From a virus (Duplodnaviria > Heunggongvirae > Uroviricota > Caudoviricetes): a stretch of DNA of 42,066 nt. A program made the position numbers and the translations under genes. The stretch spans positions 1 to 42,066 of the IMG/VR virus record IMGVR_UViG_2541047679_000006. One strand, 5' to 3'. This document shows, one piece after another, positions 27,640 to 37,050 of the stretch; position 1 is the first letter of the stretch; each line of letters opens with the position of its first letter. A model generated the notes under the pieces. The model searched no databases, was not told the DNA's origin, and saw only the letters and a program-made list of their open reading frames with translations.

Positions 27640-27828
27640 ATGGCACGAACAATGCTCTATAAGCCTGGCAACATGATCACCTGTGGTCAGTTTGCTGTCG
27701 ATTACATCATTGTTGATGACGAAGAAGTTAAATCTCACCTGAAAAAAGGTTGGGTAAAAACTCCTGAAGAAACCGCAACGAAGCAAAAAGTGGCTAAGGC
27801 GGAAGAAGATGGCGAAAACGAAGGGTGA
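27640..27828 (+). CDS. Hypothetical small protein (62 aa) between the coat and gp4-like genes
   Basis: ATG with GGGAGAAG RBS; unrecognised. Confidence 0.4.
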   Translation: MARTMLYKPGNMITCGQFAVDYIIVDDEEVKSHLKKGWVKTPEETATKQKVAKAEEDGENEG

Positions 27829-28270
27829 TCTCGTTCTAAAGGCTTTACGAAAAGCCGGGCTGTATTCCAATGCCACGTTGACAGATGCCGACCCTCAGGC
27901 AATTGAAGATGCCATTAATGACCTTGAAGACATGATGGCAGCATGGCAGGCGAAAGGTATCGAGCTTGGATATCAGTTTGCGGATACAGAAAACGGCATC
28001 ATGCCGTTACCTGACGATGATTCAGGTATCCCTGCATGGGCAAATGATGGCGTCGCTTTGAAGCTCGCTGTGCAAGTGTGCATGGATAACGTCATTCAGC
28101 CGTCGGATGCTCTCCTGACCGCTGCTGACAGTGCATATCAGACAATCTGTATCGCTTTAACAAAAATACCACCACTTGAGCGGCGAAATGACATGCCTCG
28201 CGGTAGTGGTAACAAAAGCGCGTTTACGTGGAATCGGTTTTACATCGAGAAAGATGATCCGAGTACGTGA
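27809..28270 (+). CDS. Head-completion / DNA-stabilisation protein (P22 gp4-like)
   Basis: 153-aa ORF in the gp4 position of the conserved P22 order 5-4-10-26. Confidence 0.65.
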   Translation: MAKTKGDLVLKALRKAGLYSNATLTDADPQAIEDAINDLEDMMAAWQAKGIELGYQFADTENGIMPLPDDDSGIPAWANDGVALKLAVQVCMDNVIQPSDALLTAADSAYQTICIALTKIPPLERRNDMPRGSGNKSAFTWNRFYIEKDDPST

Positions 28271-28279
28271 GGTGAATAA

Positions 28280-29698
28280 ATGCCGATTCAGCAACTTCCG
28301 CTCATGAAAGGTGTCGGCAAAGACTTCCGAAATGCCGACTATATCGACTATCTACCAGTGAATATGTTGGCTACACCCAAAGAAATCCTTAACAGCAGCG
28401 GATATCTTCGCTCATTCCCGGGCATTGCCAAACGCTCTGATGTAAACGGTGTATCGCGCGGAGTCGAGTACAACATGGCGCAGAATGCTGTTTATCGCGT
28501 GTGTGGTGGGAAGCTTTACAAAGGCGAAAGCGAAGTCGGTGACGTCGCCGGAAGTGGTCGCGTATCAATGGCGCATGGTCGGACATCTCAGGCTGTAGGT
28601 GTTAATGGTCAACTGGTCGAGTATCGCTATGATGGCACGGTTAAAACCGTCTCAAACTGGCCTACAGACAGCGGATTCACACAGTACGAGTTAGGTTCAG
28701 TTCGCGACATTACGCGCTTACGTGGGCGTTATGCGTGGTCAAAAGACGGAACTGATTCATGGTTTATCACTGACCCTGAAGACGAATCGCACCCTGACCG
28801 ATACAGTGCACAATATCGTGCCGAGTCTCAGCCTGACGGTATTATCGGCATCGGAACATGGCGAGACTTCATCGTCTGCTTTGGTTCATCGACGATTGAA
28901 TATTTCTCCCTGACTGGTGCAACCACAGTTGGTGCTGCTTTGTATGTCGCACAGCCATCGCTGATGGTGCAAAAAGGCATCGCCGGGACTTACTGCAAAA
29001 CGCCGTTTGCTGATTCCTATGCGTTTATCAGCAATCCGGCAACAGGTGCGCCGTCTGTATACATCATCGGCTCCGGTCAGGTGTCACCAATCGCCAGCGC
29101 GAGCATTGAGAAAATCCTCCGCTCCTACACTGCTGATGAACTGGCTGATGGCGTGATGGAATCGTTGCGCTTTGATGCGCATGAGTTGCTGATTATCCAT
29201 CTTCCGCGCCACGTACTCGTGTACGACGCATCTTCAAGCGCCAATGGTCCGCAATGGTGTGTGTTGAAAACAGGCCTGTATGACGATGTGTACCGCGCTA
29301 TCGACTTCATTTACGAAGGCAATCAGATAACGTGCGGCGATAAGCTGGAATCTGTTACCGGGAAACTGCAGTTCGATATCAGCAGCCAGTACGACAAGCA
29401 ACAGGAACACCTGCTGTTTACTCCACTCTTCAAAGCAGATAACGCCAGAGTTTTCGACCTTGAAGTTGAATCTTCAACTGGCGTTGCGCAGTATGCTGAC
29501 CGCCTTTTTCTCTCTGCAACCACTGACGGCATCAATTACGGGCGTGAGCAGATGATTGAGCAGAATGAACCGTTCGTTTACGACAAGCGCGTTTTGTGGA
29601 AGCGAGTCGGGCGCATCAGGAAAAATGTTGGCTTCAAATTGCGCGTTATCACGAAGTCACCTGTAACTCTGTCTGGTGCTCAGATAAGGATTGAGTAA
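28280..29698 (+). CDS. Tail hub / DNA-stabilisation protein (P22 gp10-like)
   Basis: 472-aa ORF, the same length and position as P22 gp10. Confidence 0.75.
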   Translation: MPIQQLPLMKGVGKDFRNADYIDYLPVNMLATPKEILNSSGYLRSFPGIAKRSDVNGVSRGVEYNMAQNAVYRVCGGKLYKGESEVGDVAGSGRVSMAHGRTSQAVGVNGQLVEYRYDGTVKTVSNWPTDSGFTQYELGSVRDITRLRGRYAWSKDGTDSWFITDPEDESHPDRYSAQYRAESQPDGIIGIGTWRDFIVCFGSSTIEYFSLTGATTVGAALYVAQPSLMVQKGIAGTYCKTPFADSYAFISNPATGAPSVYIIGSGQVSPIASASIEKILRSYTADELADGVMESLRFDAHELLIIHLPRHVLVYDASSSANGPQWCVLKTGLYDDVYRAIDFIYEGNQITCGDKLESVTGKLQFDISSQYDKQQEHLLFTPLFKADNARVFDLEVESSTGVAQYADRLFLSATTDGINYGREQMIEQNEPFVYDKRVLWKRVGRIRKNVGFKLRVITKSPVTLSGAQIRIE

Positions 29699-30546
29699 TG
29701 GCGGATTCATCACTGAATAATCCTGTCGCGGTTCAGGCTACGCGCCTTGATACTTCAATTTTGCCACGCAATATATTTAGCCAGTCTTACCTGCTGTATG
29801 TCATAAATCAAGGTGCTGATGTCGGCGCAATTGCCGGGAAGGCAAATCAGGCCGGACAGGGCGCTTATGATGCACAGGTCAGGAACGATGAGCAGGATGT
29901 GATTCTCGCTGACCATGAGCAGCGAATTTCTGCTGCGGAAGCAACGCTTGTTAATCATGAGGAGCGAATCAGCCAGGCAGAATCAACTCTTCAGGAACAT
30001 GAAACACGAATATCTCAGAATGAAAGCGATATTGCGTCGCTTGATACCAGAGTTCAGTCGCTGGAGTCGCAGGTTTCAGATCATGAATCGCGCATTGATG
30101 CTCTGGAGTATGCAACCACGCGCAAGAAGTCAGAGGTTGTTTACTCTGGCGTATCAGTAACCATTCCGACAGCGCCGACCAACCTTGTTAGCCTACTGAA
30201 AACGCTCACGCCGTCATCCGGCTCGTTGGCACCATTCTTCGACACCGTTAACAACAAGATGGTTGTGTTCAACGAGAACAAAACCTTGTTCTTCAAGCTG
30301 TCGATCGTCGGGACGTGGCCCAGCGGAACCGCCAACAGGTCAATGCAGCTAACCTTTTCCGGCTCTGTCCCTGACACACTGGTAAGCAGTCGCAACTCGG
30401 CGACAACAACCGACAACATCCTGTTAGCTACGTTCTTCAGCGTGGATAAAGACGGCTTTCTTGCCACAAATGGCAGCACGTTAACCATTCAGTCTAATGG
30501 TGCGGCGTTTACTGCCACAACCATCAAAATCATTGCGGAGCAGTGA
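29698..30546 (+). CDS. Tail needle (P22 gp26-like) with heptad-repeat coiled coil and a C-terminal knob extension
   Basis: Repeated …[12 protein letters not shown] / [12 protein letters not shown] / [12 protein letters not shown] / [10 protein letters not shown]… heptads typical of gp26 trimeric coiled coil; ~110-aa C-terminal extra domain. Confidence 0.75.
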   Translation: MADSSLNNPVAVQATRLDTSILPRNIFSQSYLLYVINQGADVGAIAGKANQAGQGAYDAQVRNDEQDVILADHEQRISAAEATLVNHEERISQAESTLQEHETRISQNESDIASLDTRVQSLESQVSDHESRIDALEYATTRKKSEVVYSGVSVTIPTAPTNLVSLLKTLTPSSGSLAPFFDTVNNKMVVFNENKTLFFKLSIVGTWPSGTANRSMQLTFSGSVPDTLVSSRNSATTTDNILLATFFSVDKDGFLATNGSTLTIQSNGAAFTATTIKIIAEQ

Positions 30547-31013
30547 TGGAAATAAAGCTCATCGATAATCCGGTGAAGCTTGCAGAATTCCTCAACAATC
30601 CAGAAAACACGGGAAATATCGTAGACAGTGGAGACAAATACTACATCAAGCCTGATGCGGTATATCTCGGCATCTACGAAGGATTAGTGCTGGCTGGCGT
30701 TCATGAAGTTCGTAACTTCTGGCATAGCGTTGTGGAATGCCATGCGGTGTATGACCCCGGATTCCGTGGCGAATATGCACTACAAGGGCATCGATTATTC
30801 TGCAAATGGCTTCTCGAAAACTCACCATTCCTTAACAGCATCACCATGGTTCCTGACACAACGAAATACGGACGGTCAATTATCCGTTTGCTTGGCGCTA
30901 CCCGTGTTGGTCACCTTGATGATGCGTACATGAGTAACGGAAAACCGGTAGGAATCACCCTCTATCAATTACCTCGTTCGAAATATGAGGAGCTAATAAA
31001 TGTTAGTACTTAG
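30546..31013 (+). CDS. P22 gp14-like ejection/assembly protein
   Basis: Position after the needle gene in the conserved P22 order; ATG at 30546 overlaps the needle stop. Confidence 0.55.
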   Translation: MEIKLIDNPVKLAEFLNNPENTGNIVDSGDKYYIKPDAVYLGIYEGLVLAGVHEVRNFWHSVVECHAVYDPGFRGEYALQGHRLFCKWLLENSPFLNSITMVPDTTKYGRSIIRLLGATRVGHLDDAYMSNGKPVGITLYQLPRSKYEELINVST

Positions 31014-31680
31014 CGAAAGCTTCAAGAATAAATTGCTTCCCATGAATGGGTATATGAAAGGCGGCAGCGACTCCGGATCTAAAGCCCAGGCACGCGCAAC
31101 TGAAAAGGGCATCGAACTGCAGCGTGAAATGTGGCAAACGAACATGCAGAACCTTGCACCGTTCACGCCACTCGCTCAGCAGTACGTATCACAGTTGCAA
31201 AATCTTTCCTCTCTTCAGGGGCAAGGTCAGGCGCTTAACCAGTATTACAACTCCCAGCAGTACAAAGACCTTGCAGGGCAGGCGCGTTACCAGAGTCTGG
31301 CAGCAGCAGAGGCAACGGGTGGATTAGGCTCTACAGCAACAGGAAACCAGTTAGCAGCAATCGCACCTACACTCGGTCAAAACTGGCTGTCAGGTCAGAT
31401 GAACAACTACAACAATCTGGCAAATATCGGCCTTGGTGCTCTTACAGGTCAGGCAAATGCCGGACAGAACTACGCTAACAACGTCAGCCAATTGTATCAA
31501 CAGCAGGCAGCAGCAGTCGCAGCAAATGCGAATAAGCCTTCAGGCCTACAGAGTTTTGCTACAGGTGCCATTGGTGGGGCCGCATCAGGTGCAATGATTG
31601 GTAGTGCAGTTCCTGTTATTGGGACTGGTATTGGTGCTCTTGCTGGCGGTGTTATCGGTGGTCTTGGATCATTGTTTTAA
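31000..31680 (+). CDS. Ejection protein (P22 gp7-like), Gln/Ala/Gly-rich
   Basis: 226-aa low-complexity protein with glycine-rich hydrophobic C-terminus; first of three ejection genes; GAGGAG RBS. Confidence 0.6.
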   Translation: MLVLSESFKNKLLPMNGYMKGGSDSGSKAQARATEKGIELQREMWQTNMQNLAPFTPLAQQYVSQLQNLSSLQGQGQALNQYYNSQQYKDLAGQARYQSLAAAEATGGLGSTATGNQLAAIAPTLGQNWLSGQMNNYNNLANIGLGALTGQANAGQNYANNVSQLYQQQAAAVAANANKPSGLQSFATGAIGGAASGAMIGSAVPVIGTGIGALAGGVIGGLGSLF

Positions 31681-31689
31681 GGTGGGAAT

Positions 31690-33075
31690 ATGGCTACTTG
31701 GCAACAAGGAATCAACTCAGGCGGTTTTCTTGCTGGTATCGGTGGGCAAAACTCAAATGCGCCAAAGGCAAGTGATGTAAGTGAGGCGTTGGCCTATATT
31801 CGCCAGAACAACGAAATGGAGCGTTCAGGTCGCAATAACATCGGCCTTCAGGCGTTGCAGGGACTTGGTAGTGTCGCTCAAACATATCAAGCCGCAAAGC
31901 AACAGGAAGTGGATGCTGCATTCCAAAAAGAATATGCGGCAGCCATCCAGTCAGGTGATCGACAGCAGGTGCGAGATCTGATGACCAAATATCCTGGTCA
32001 ATTAGAGAAGATTCAGTCTGGTATGAAATGGGCAGACGAAGACCAGCGTGATGAAATTGGCAATCTAGCGGCAGGCGGTCAAATTGCCTCCATGATGGGG
32101 GGTGATGCATTTAGCAAGTGGATTGGAAACAATGCAACCAGATTGTCTAATCAGGGGGTAGACCCACAACAACTCCTCAGCATGTATCAAAAAGACCCAC
32201 AAGCAACATCACAACTTATCGGACAATATGGTCAGTTTGCATTAGGCCACGAAAAGTATTGGGATTTACAGGACAAGATGGTTGGTCGCCAGCAGGAGCA
32301 GCAAAGAATTAACGAAACCATTCGCAATAATGACATGACGAATGCGAGGGCTATTAGGGGGCAAAACCTTTCCTATCAGTCTGCAATGACCGGACACGGA
32401 CTTGCAGCAGAAAGACTGGCACTTGATAAGCAGAAATTCGGTTTTGAAGTGCAACAGGCACAAAAAAAGGCCGAGGAACTTATTAATGCTGCGCCAAAAT
32501 TATCAGTGAACATGGAAAAGGCTATAGAAAAATCAGCAGGTGATGCGGCAGCTAGTCGTAATGCTGCCGATTCAATGACAACGCTCGCTGACACGCTGGA
32601 GAAGGAGAAGCCAACTCCTGGTTTGTTCGGTAACGCTGAAAATATGTTCTCTAAGCTTACGGGGCAAGATAACTACCTCCGAGATATGCGGATTAGATTC
32701 AACCAACTAGCCAATGCGCAGGCAACCAAGCTTCTCCCTCCCGGCCCTGCATCAGATAAGGATATTGAGTTTGCAAGGAAAGGCATTCCAAGCGAAACGG
32801 ATAATCCAATGGTCATGGCTCGATGGTTAAGGGGTATGGCAAAAATGGAAAGTAATAACGCGAAGTTCAACGAGTTTAGGTCAGAGTGGATGAGTGCAAA
32901 CGGCAGCCCAGGACAATCTGATCGCAACCGAAACATCATGGGGATGGATGTTAAGAAGGGTGAATCATTGAACTCTGCGGCAAAACGTTTTCTTTCCTCA
33001 AGTTATGGCGATAGCCAACCTCAACAGCAATTGTCCGATGACGAATTAATTAGCAAATATCTCGGAGGGCAGTAA
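31690..33075 (+). CDS. Ejection protein (P22 gp20-like)
   Basis: 461-aa ORF in the gp20 position. Confidence 0.6.
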   Translation: MATWQQGINSGGFLAGIGGQNSNAPKASDVSEALAYIRQNNEMERSGRNNIGLQALQGLGSVAQTYQAAKQQEVDAAFQKEYAAAIQSGDRQQVRDLMTKYPGQLEKIQSGMKWADEDQRDEIGNLAAGGQIASMMGGDAFSKWIGNNATRLSNQGVDPQQLLSMYQKDPQATSQLIGQYGQFALGHEKYWDLQDKMVGRQQEQQRINETIRNNDMTNARAIRGQNLSYQSAMTGHGLAAERLALDKQKFGFEVQQAQKKAEELINAAPKLSVNMEKAIEKSAGDAAASRNAADSMTTLADTLEKEKPTPGLFGNAENMFSKLTGQDNYLRDMRIRFNQLANAQATKLLPPGPASDKDIEFARKGIPSETDNPMVMARWLRGMAKMESNNAKFNEFRSEWMSANGSPGQSDRNRNIMGMDVKKGESLNSAAKRFLSSSYGDSQPQQQLSDDELISKYLGGQ

Positions 33076-34985
33076 TGGCCTATAGTCGTGAACAGTTGAT
33101 GACAGCATTAAGGAACGCTGATGCGGCAGGCGATACAGAAGGAGCGCGTCGCATTGCTCAGATTCTGTCCTCCAGTAATCAACCAACTCAAAACCAAAAG
33201 CAGCCTGTAGAACAGCAAGATGGATTTATGTCTGACCTCGGCGAAGCAGTAAAAGAAACTGGTCGCGGACTGGTGCAGGCTGGTGTAAATGTGGCAAATA
33301 TACCAGCATCAGTTGCCGATGCTGTAACAAGCGCGGCGGCATGGGCTGGCGGCAAACTCGGTATTGGTGATGGAACATATCAACCAGCGCCACGAGTAAC
33401 AACTCAGGGATTAGAGCAGGCGTTTGGACTTCAGCAAGGTGCTCTGACTCCACAAACGACAGAAGGTAGGGTGTTTGCGGAGGCATTGCCTTACCTGGCT
33501 ACTGTTGGCGTTGGCGGCGCTTCAACTCAGGCGCCAACACTTGCTGGTCGAATTACTCAAGGCGCAGCCCGTCTTCTGGCAGAAAACGCAGTCGGATCAC
33601 TCGCCGCAAACAGTGAGAAAAATGATGCGGGAAAACTGGCAACAGATATAGGTGTTGGCATGCTAACAGGTGGTGCTGTTAATACTGTTGCAAAAGGACT
33701 TGAGCGTGGAATAACTGCCTTTAAAGGTGATATTGCACCAGAAGTGGCGAAGAAAATTGCCATATCAGAATCGATGGGCGTGACACCAATGACATCTGAT
33801 GTTATCCCGCCGAAAAATGCTTTCACTCGCGGCCTTACTCAGGATGCCGAGGGGGCTTTGCTCGGGACAGGCTCAAAGCGAGCTGAGCAGTATGCAAAGA
33901 GAAGTCAGCTAGTTAAAAAACAGCTTGAGAAATATGGTGAATATAGTCCATCAGTTGTTGTTGATGATCTGTATGGTTCTCTGAAGTCAAGGAAGGATTC
34001 GGCCGGAAGCGTTATTGAAGACATTACAACCAAAATGGGAGACACACCTGTTGACACATCAAAATCTATTAAGGTTATCGACAACGTACTTACCAGAGCT
34101 AACAGGCTTGGGAAAGTGGCAAATAAGGATTTGATTCGCGGGTTATCCGATTTGCGAGAAGAACTTGCTAAACCAGATATAGATTTTGGTCTATTGAGAG
34201 AGTTGCGGTCAGCCTTGAGGGAAAGTATTCAGGGAGATGCCATGGTTTTTCCTAATAGCGCGAAAGCCGCAACTGATGCCGTGGAGAGGGCAATGGGGGC
34301 AGATTTGAGGAATAACGCAGCGCGGTATTTGGGGGCTGGAGAGGCCGCCAGATACGTCAAAGCAAACTCTGACTACTCCAACGTCTTCAATAAAGTTCTC
34401 AATAAAAGGATTGCGAATAATCTCAACAAAGCTAAAAAAGAGTTTACTCCAGAGCTAATAAACAGCGTTGTATTCAGCAGAAAACCATCAGATATTAAGA
34501 GGATATGGCCTGCTCTTAGTGAAGATGGAAAGAACGCTATGCGTGCTGCTTATATCAGCAAGATTGCAGAAAAAGCAGGAGACTCACCAACAAAATTTCT
34601 TACCGAGTTAAATAAGTTGAAGTCGCAATCTGACGGTCAGATCTATAACACGATATTCAGTGGGAGACACATGAAAGAGCTTGATGCTCTTCATGAAGTT
34701 CTACAGCAAACAGCAAGGTCGGACGCCGCAAATGTAGTAACACAGACAGGACAATCGCAAGCTAACAGGATTAGAACGATTGGCGCAACTGCGACTCTTG
34801 GGGCAACACTGGCGCTTGAAGCTGGTTTCGGTGCAATCATGCGCTTGTACGAGTCCAAAGCAGCAAGGAATGCGCTCTTACGTCTGGCAAACACTAAAGC
34901 TGGAACGCCAGCCTATGAAAGAGCGTTAAGTAACGCTGCAAATGCCATCAGGCCGCTGCTTGCCACTGAGGCAACACAGCAGTAA
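33075..34985 (+). CDS. Ejection protein (P22 gp16-like)
   Basis: 636-aa ORF in the gp16 position; ATG overlaps the upstream stop. Confidence 0.6.
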   Translation: MAYSREQLMTALRNADAAGDTEGARRIAQILSSSNQPTQNQKQPVEQQDGFMSDLGEAVKETGRGLVQAGVNVANIPASVADAVTSAAAWAGGKLGIGDGTYQPAPRVTTQGLEQAFGLQQGALTPQTTEGRVFAEALPYLATVGVGGASTQAPTLAGRITQGAARLLAENAVGSLAANSEKNDAGKLATDIGVGMLTGGAVNTVAKGLERGITAFKGDIAPEVAKKIAISESMGVTPMTSDVIPPKNAFTRGLTQDAEGALLGTGSKRAEQYAKRSQLVKKQLEKYGEYSPSVVVDDLYGSLKSRKDSAGSVIEDITTKMGDTPVDTSKSIKVIDNVLTRANRLGKVANKDLIRGLSDLREELAKPDIDFGLLRELRSALRESIQGDAMVFPNSAKAATDAVERAMGADLRNNAARYLGAGEAARYVKANSDYSNVFNKVLNKRIANNLNKAKKEFTPELINSVVFSRKPSDIKRIWPALSEDGKNAMRAAYISKIAEKAGDSPTKFLTELNKLKSQSDGQIYNTIFSGRHMKELDALHEVLQQTARSDAANVVTQTGQSQANRIRTIGATATLGATLALEAGFGAIMRLYESKAARNALLRLANTKAGTPAYERALSNAANAIRPLLATEATQQ

Positions 34986-35009
34986 CGTATGGGAAATTGG
35001 ATTCAATCG

Positions 35010-35399
35010 CTAACATTTTCTTTTTACTTTTCCAACAAAAGCTTTGGTTGAATCCATATTTCCATAACCGGAAATGGTTTTTGACATTAAAACTGTTCCA
35101 GTAGGATGTATTACCCATGAGTCGATAACGCGTTGAGTTTCGCCATTCGCGCCGATTCCTATGATGGAGTTTTTAGACAATGCTTTGTAAGCCATGCCGC
35201 CCGCATCTGTCCCAGAATATGTGATGCTGGCATCTTCACCGTTTGTCTTAATGATGAATGTTCCACTAAAACCATCTTCTTCCGGATGGAAATTATTTCG
35301 TTCTGAATAGCTTATTCCGCGCATATCTCCAACGACCCAGCACTCTGCTGTAGCCCCAAAAGATATGAATAAGAACATAGCAGTAAGAAATTGCTTCAC
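35010..35399 (-). CDS. Hypothetical secreted/periplasmic protein (129 aa, N-terminal signal peptide), moron candidate in the immI-equivalent region
   Basis: N-terminus MKQFLTAMFLFISFGATA-E is a typical Sec signal; convergent with the ejection genes; AT-rich. Confidence 0.55.
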   Translation of the reverse strand: MKQFLTAMFLFISFGATAECWVVGDMRGISYSERNNFHPEEDGFSGTFIIKTNGEDASITYSGTDAGGMAYKALSKNSIIGIGANGETQRVIDSWVIHPTGTVLMSKTISGYGNMDSTKAFVGKVKRKC

Positions 35400-35539
35400 A
35401 CCAACCTCCTTAGTTTTGAGCAGGATACCAGATGATACTGTATTGGTGGAGTGGTGTGTGAAAACGTGTCAACGACAAGCCATCCACAACTTGGACGAAT
35501 GATTTAGCAAAAAGTGCTATTTTTGGTGTTTAGTGTCAT

Positions 35540-35562
35540 AGAAAAGTGAATAGCTCACTTTT
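35540..35562. promoter_or_regulatory. Perfect palindrome GAAAAGTGA-ATAGC-TCACTTTTC in the divergent intergenic region (candidate operator)
   Basis: 9-bp perfect inverted repeats with 5-bp spacer read directly; lies between the divergently oriented secreted-protein gene and the GepA-like gene. Confidence 0.35.
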
Positions 35563-35773
35563 CAACATTGCATGAAACTTGCAGGAAATGTGACATTACC
35601 TTATAGGTAACTTCGGCGAAAATGCAGTAAATGTGAAACGTAATGATTTAAACGTGTCGAGAAAGTGGTTGTAAGTTAGCCTCTGAAGGATTGATGACAG
35701 CTTTGTTATGGTATTAAATGCAACTTGACACAGTTGTATACATAGCTGCGGCTATCAAGATGGAGGTATGTTT

Positions 35774-36217
35774 ATGCTCACTTGTTTTGATGTCGCCGAC
35801 TACTTCTTGGCGCATTGCGATGAAGAAAGTGGCGACATTATCTCTAACCTAAAAATTCAGAAGTTGACGTATTATGCCCAAGGGTTTTCTCTGGTTCTTC
35901 TGGGTAAGCCGCTATTTAATGAGAAAATTGAAGCCTGGATGCATGGGCCAGTAGTTCCTGAATTGTATCGTAAATATAGGGACTGTGGTAACGGAGCTTT
36001 ACCTGCGCCAGAAAACTTTGACGCTAAAAAATTCAGTGAAGATGAAATTGAATTGCTGGATGAGGTGTATAAAGTTTATGGTCAGTTTTCTGCCTGGAAA
36101 CTGCGCAATATGACTCACGAAGAGCAGCCATGGAAAGATGCTTACATTGAGGGTGCGGTTAGCCAAGAAATCACACTTGATTCTATGAAAGGTTTTTTCA
36201 AAACGTTAATTAACTGA
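35774..36217 (+). CDS. GepA/Panacea-like (DUF4065-like) phage-associated protein, candidate antitoxin-type component
   Basis: Translation (…DVADYFLAHCDEESGDIISNLKIQKLTYYAQGFSLVLLGKPLF…WMHGPVVPELY…) fits my recollection of the GepA/Panacea family; GGAGG RBS 6 nt before the ATG at 35774. Confidence 0.65.
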   Translation: MLTCFDVADYFLAHCDEESGDIISNLKIQKLTYYAQGFSLVLLGKPLFNEKIEAWMHGPVVPELYRKYRDCGNGALPAPENFDAKKFSEDEIELLDEVYKVYGQFSAWKLRNMTHEEQPWKDAYIEGAVSQEITLDSMKGFFKTLIN

Positions 36218-36222
36218 CGTGT

Positions 36223-36645
36223 ATGTCTAGAGTTAAGGGAAGAATAAAACAGAGGGATAAAGAGAGCTCTGCTACTGTTGGCCTCTCTATCCATCACGAA
36301 TCTCATGATGTAGAAAAAAGTCCGCCTGTATTTTCTCTTAGATACCTACAAAAGGGGTATTGCCTGGATTGCTGCCAAAAGCATGAAAAGGCAGCATTTG
36401 CAGATAGGCTGTTCAGGTTAAGTCAGATGTCATGGGATGAGATACGAAAATCTGATAAACACGGGCTTGGGACGGAAAAAATTGCCAGAAACGCGATAAA
36501 GGCTCCGATTCCTAAGCATGTTACTCAAGATGTGGATTTCATTGCGTTCAGATTTTGCTCTAAGGCACCTATGGTTGGTTATAAGATAGGAGCCACTTTT
36601 TATGTCTTATGGCTCGACAGGGAGTTCAAGCTATACAAGCACTAA
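36223..36645 (+). CDS. Hypothetical protein (140 aa) tightly linked downstream of the GepA-like gene, candidate partner/toxin
   Basis: ATG 5 nt after the upstream stop with no SD of its own, suggesting translational coupling; basic N-terminus and CxxCC motif; unrecognised. Confidence 0.5.
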   Translation: MSRVKGRIKQRDKESSATVGLSIHHESHDVEKSPPVFSLRYLQKGYCLDCCQKHEKAAFADRLFRLSQMSWDEIRKSDKHGLGTEKIARNAIKAPIPKHVTQDVDFIAFRFCSKAPMVGYKIGATFYVLWLDREFKLYKH

Positions 36646-36672
36646 TAAAACCCACCGTCAGGTGGGTTTTTT
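36645..36672. terminator. Bidirectional intrinsic terminator between the 140-aa gene and mnt (AAACCCACC-GTCA-GGTGGGTTT flanked by A/T runs)
   Basis: 9-bp perfect stem with T-run on the plus strand and A-run on the other side; overlaps the mnt stop. Confidence 0.6.
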
Positions 36673-36918
36673 GTACAAATCCTTCAGCGTATCAAACACC
36701 ATCTTCTTAACAAGATCTGACTGCTCATCAGCGAGTCGTTCTGCATCGTCACGATACCCGCTTACAGGTGATGGTTTGGAGAGTGATTCTTCCATCGTAG
36801 CCACAATTTCGGAATTGATAGACCTGTTATTCATTTTTGCACGCTGCTTAATCTTAGCGTGCAACTCGTGCGTAAGCCTCAAGTGGAACTGCGCCTCATC
36901 GTATTTGCTGTACATCAT
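36658..36918 (-). CDS. mnt: Mnt-like repressor (P22 immI ribbon-helix-helix family), without arc or ant
   Basis: C-terminal 86 aa (…AKMNNRSINSEIVATMEESLSKPSPVSGYRDDAERLADEQSDLVKKMVFDTLKDLYKKPT) closely match P22 Mnt as I recall it; ATG at 36918 with GGTGAGG RBS; the longer track ORF is an upstream read-through. Confidence 0.8.
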   Translation of the reverse strand: MMYSKYDEAQFHLRLTHELHAKIKQRAKMNNRSINSEIVATMEESLSKPSPVSGYRDDAERLADEQSDLVKKMVFDTLKDLYKKPT

Positions 36919-37050
36919 CAATGCCTCACCAAATGGGTGGAATGGCATCGTAAAACCTACTGTACAAATCAACAATCGTACCATTTCGGTATGTAACAAA
37001 TTCCAACCGTAGCCATGCTTCGGTGATTCCTTGTATCTGGAGCAAATTAA

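Noticed and set aside
22105-27876. Multiple antisense ORFs inside terminase, portal, scaffold and coat genes (e.g. 22105-22455, 22636-23100, 24788-25312, 25595-26023, 26026-26379, 26977-27414, 27490-27876)
   Set aside because: Overlapped by long, confidently assigned structural genes on the plus strand; no independent support.
36919-37050. arc or ant genes next to mnt
   Set aside because: The mnt-tailspike intergenic region is only 132 bp and holds no ORF of Arc size; ant is absent.
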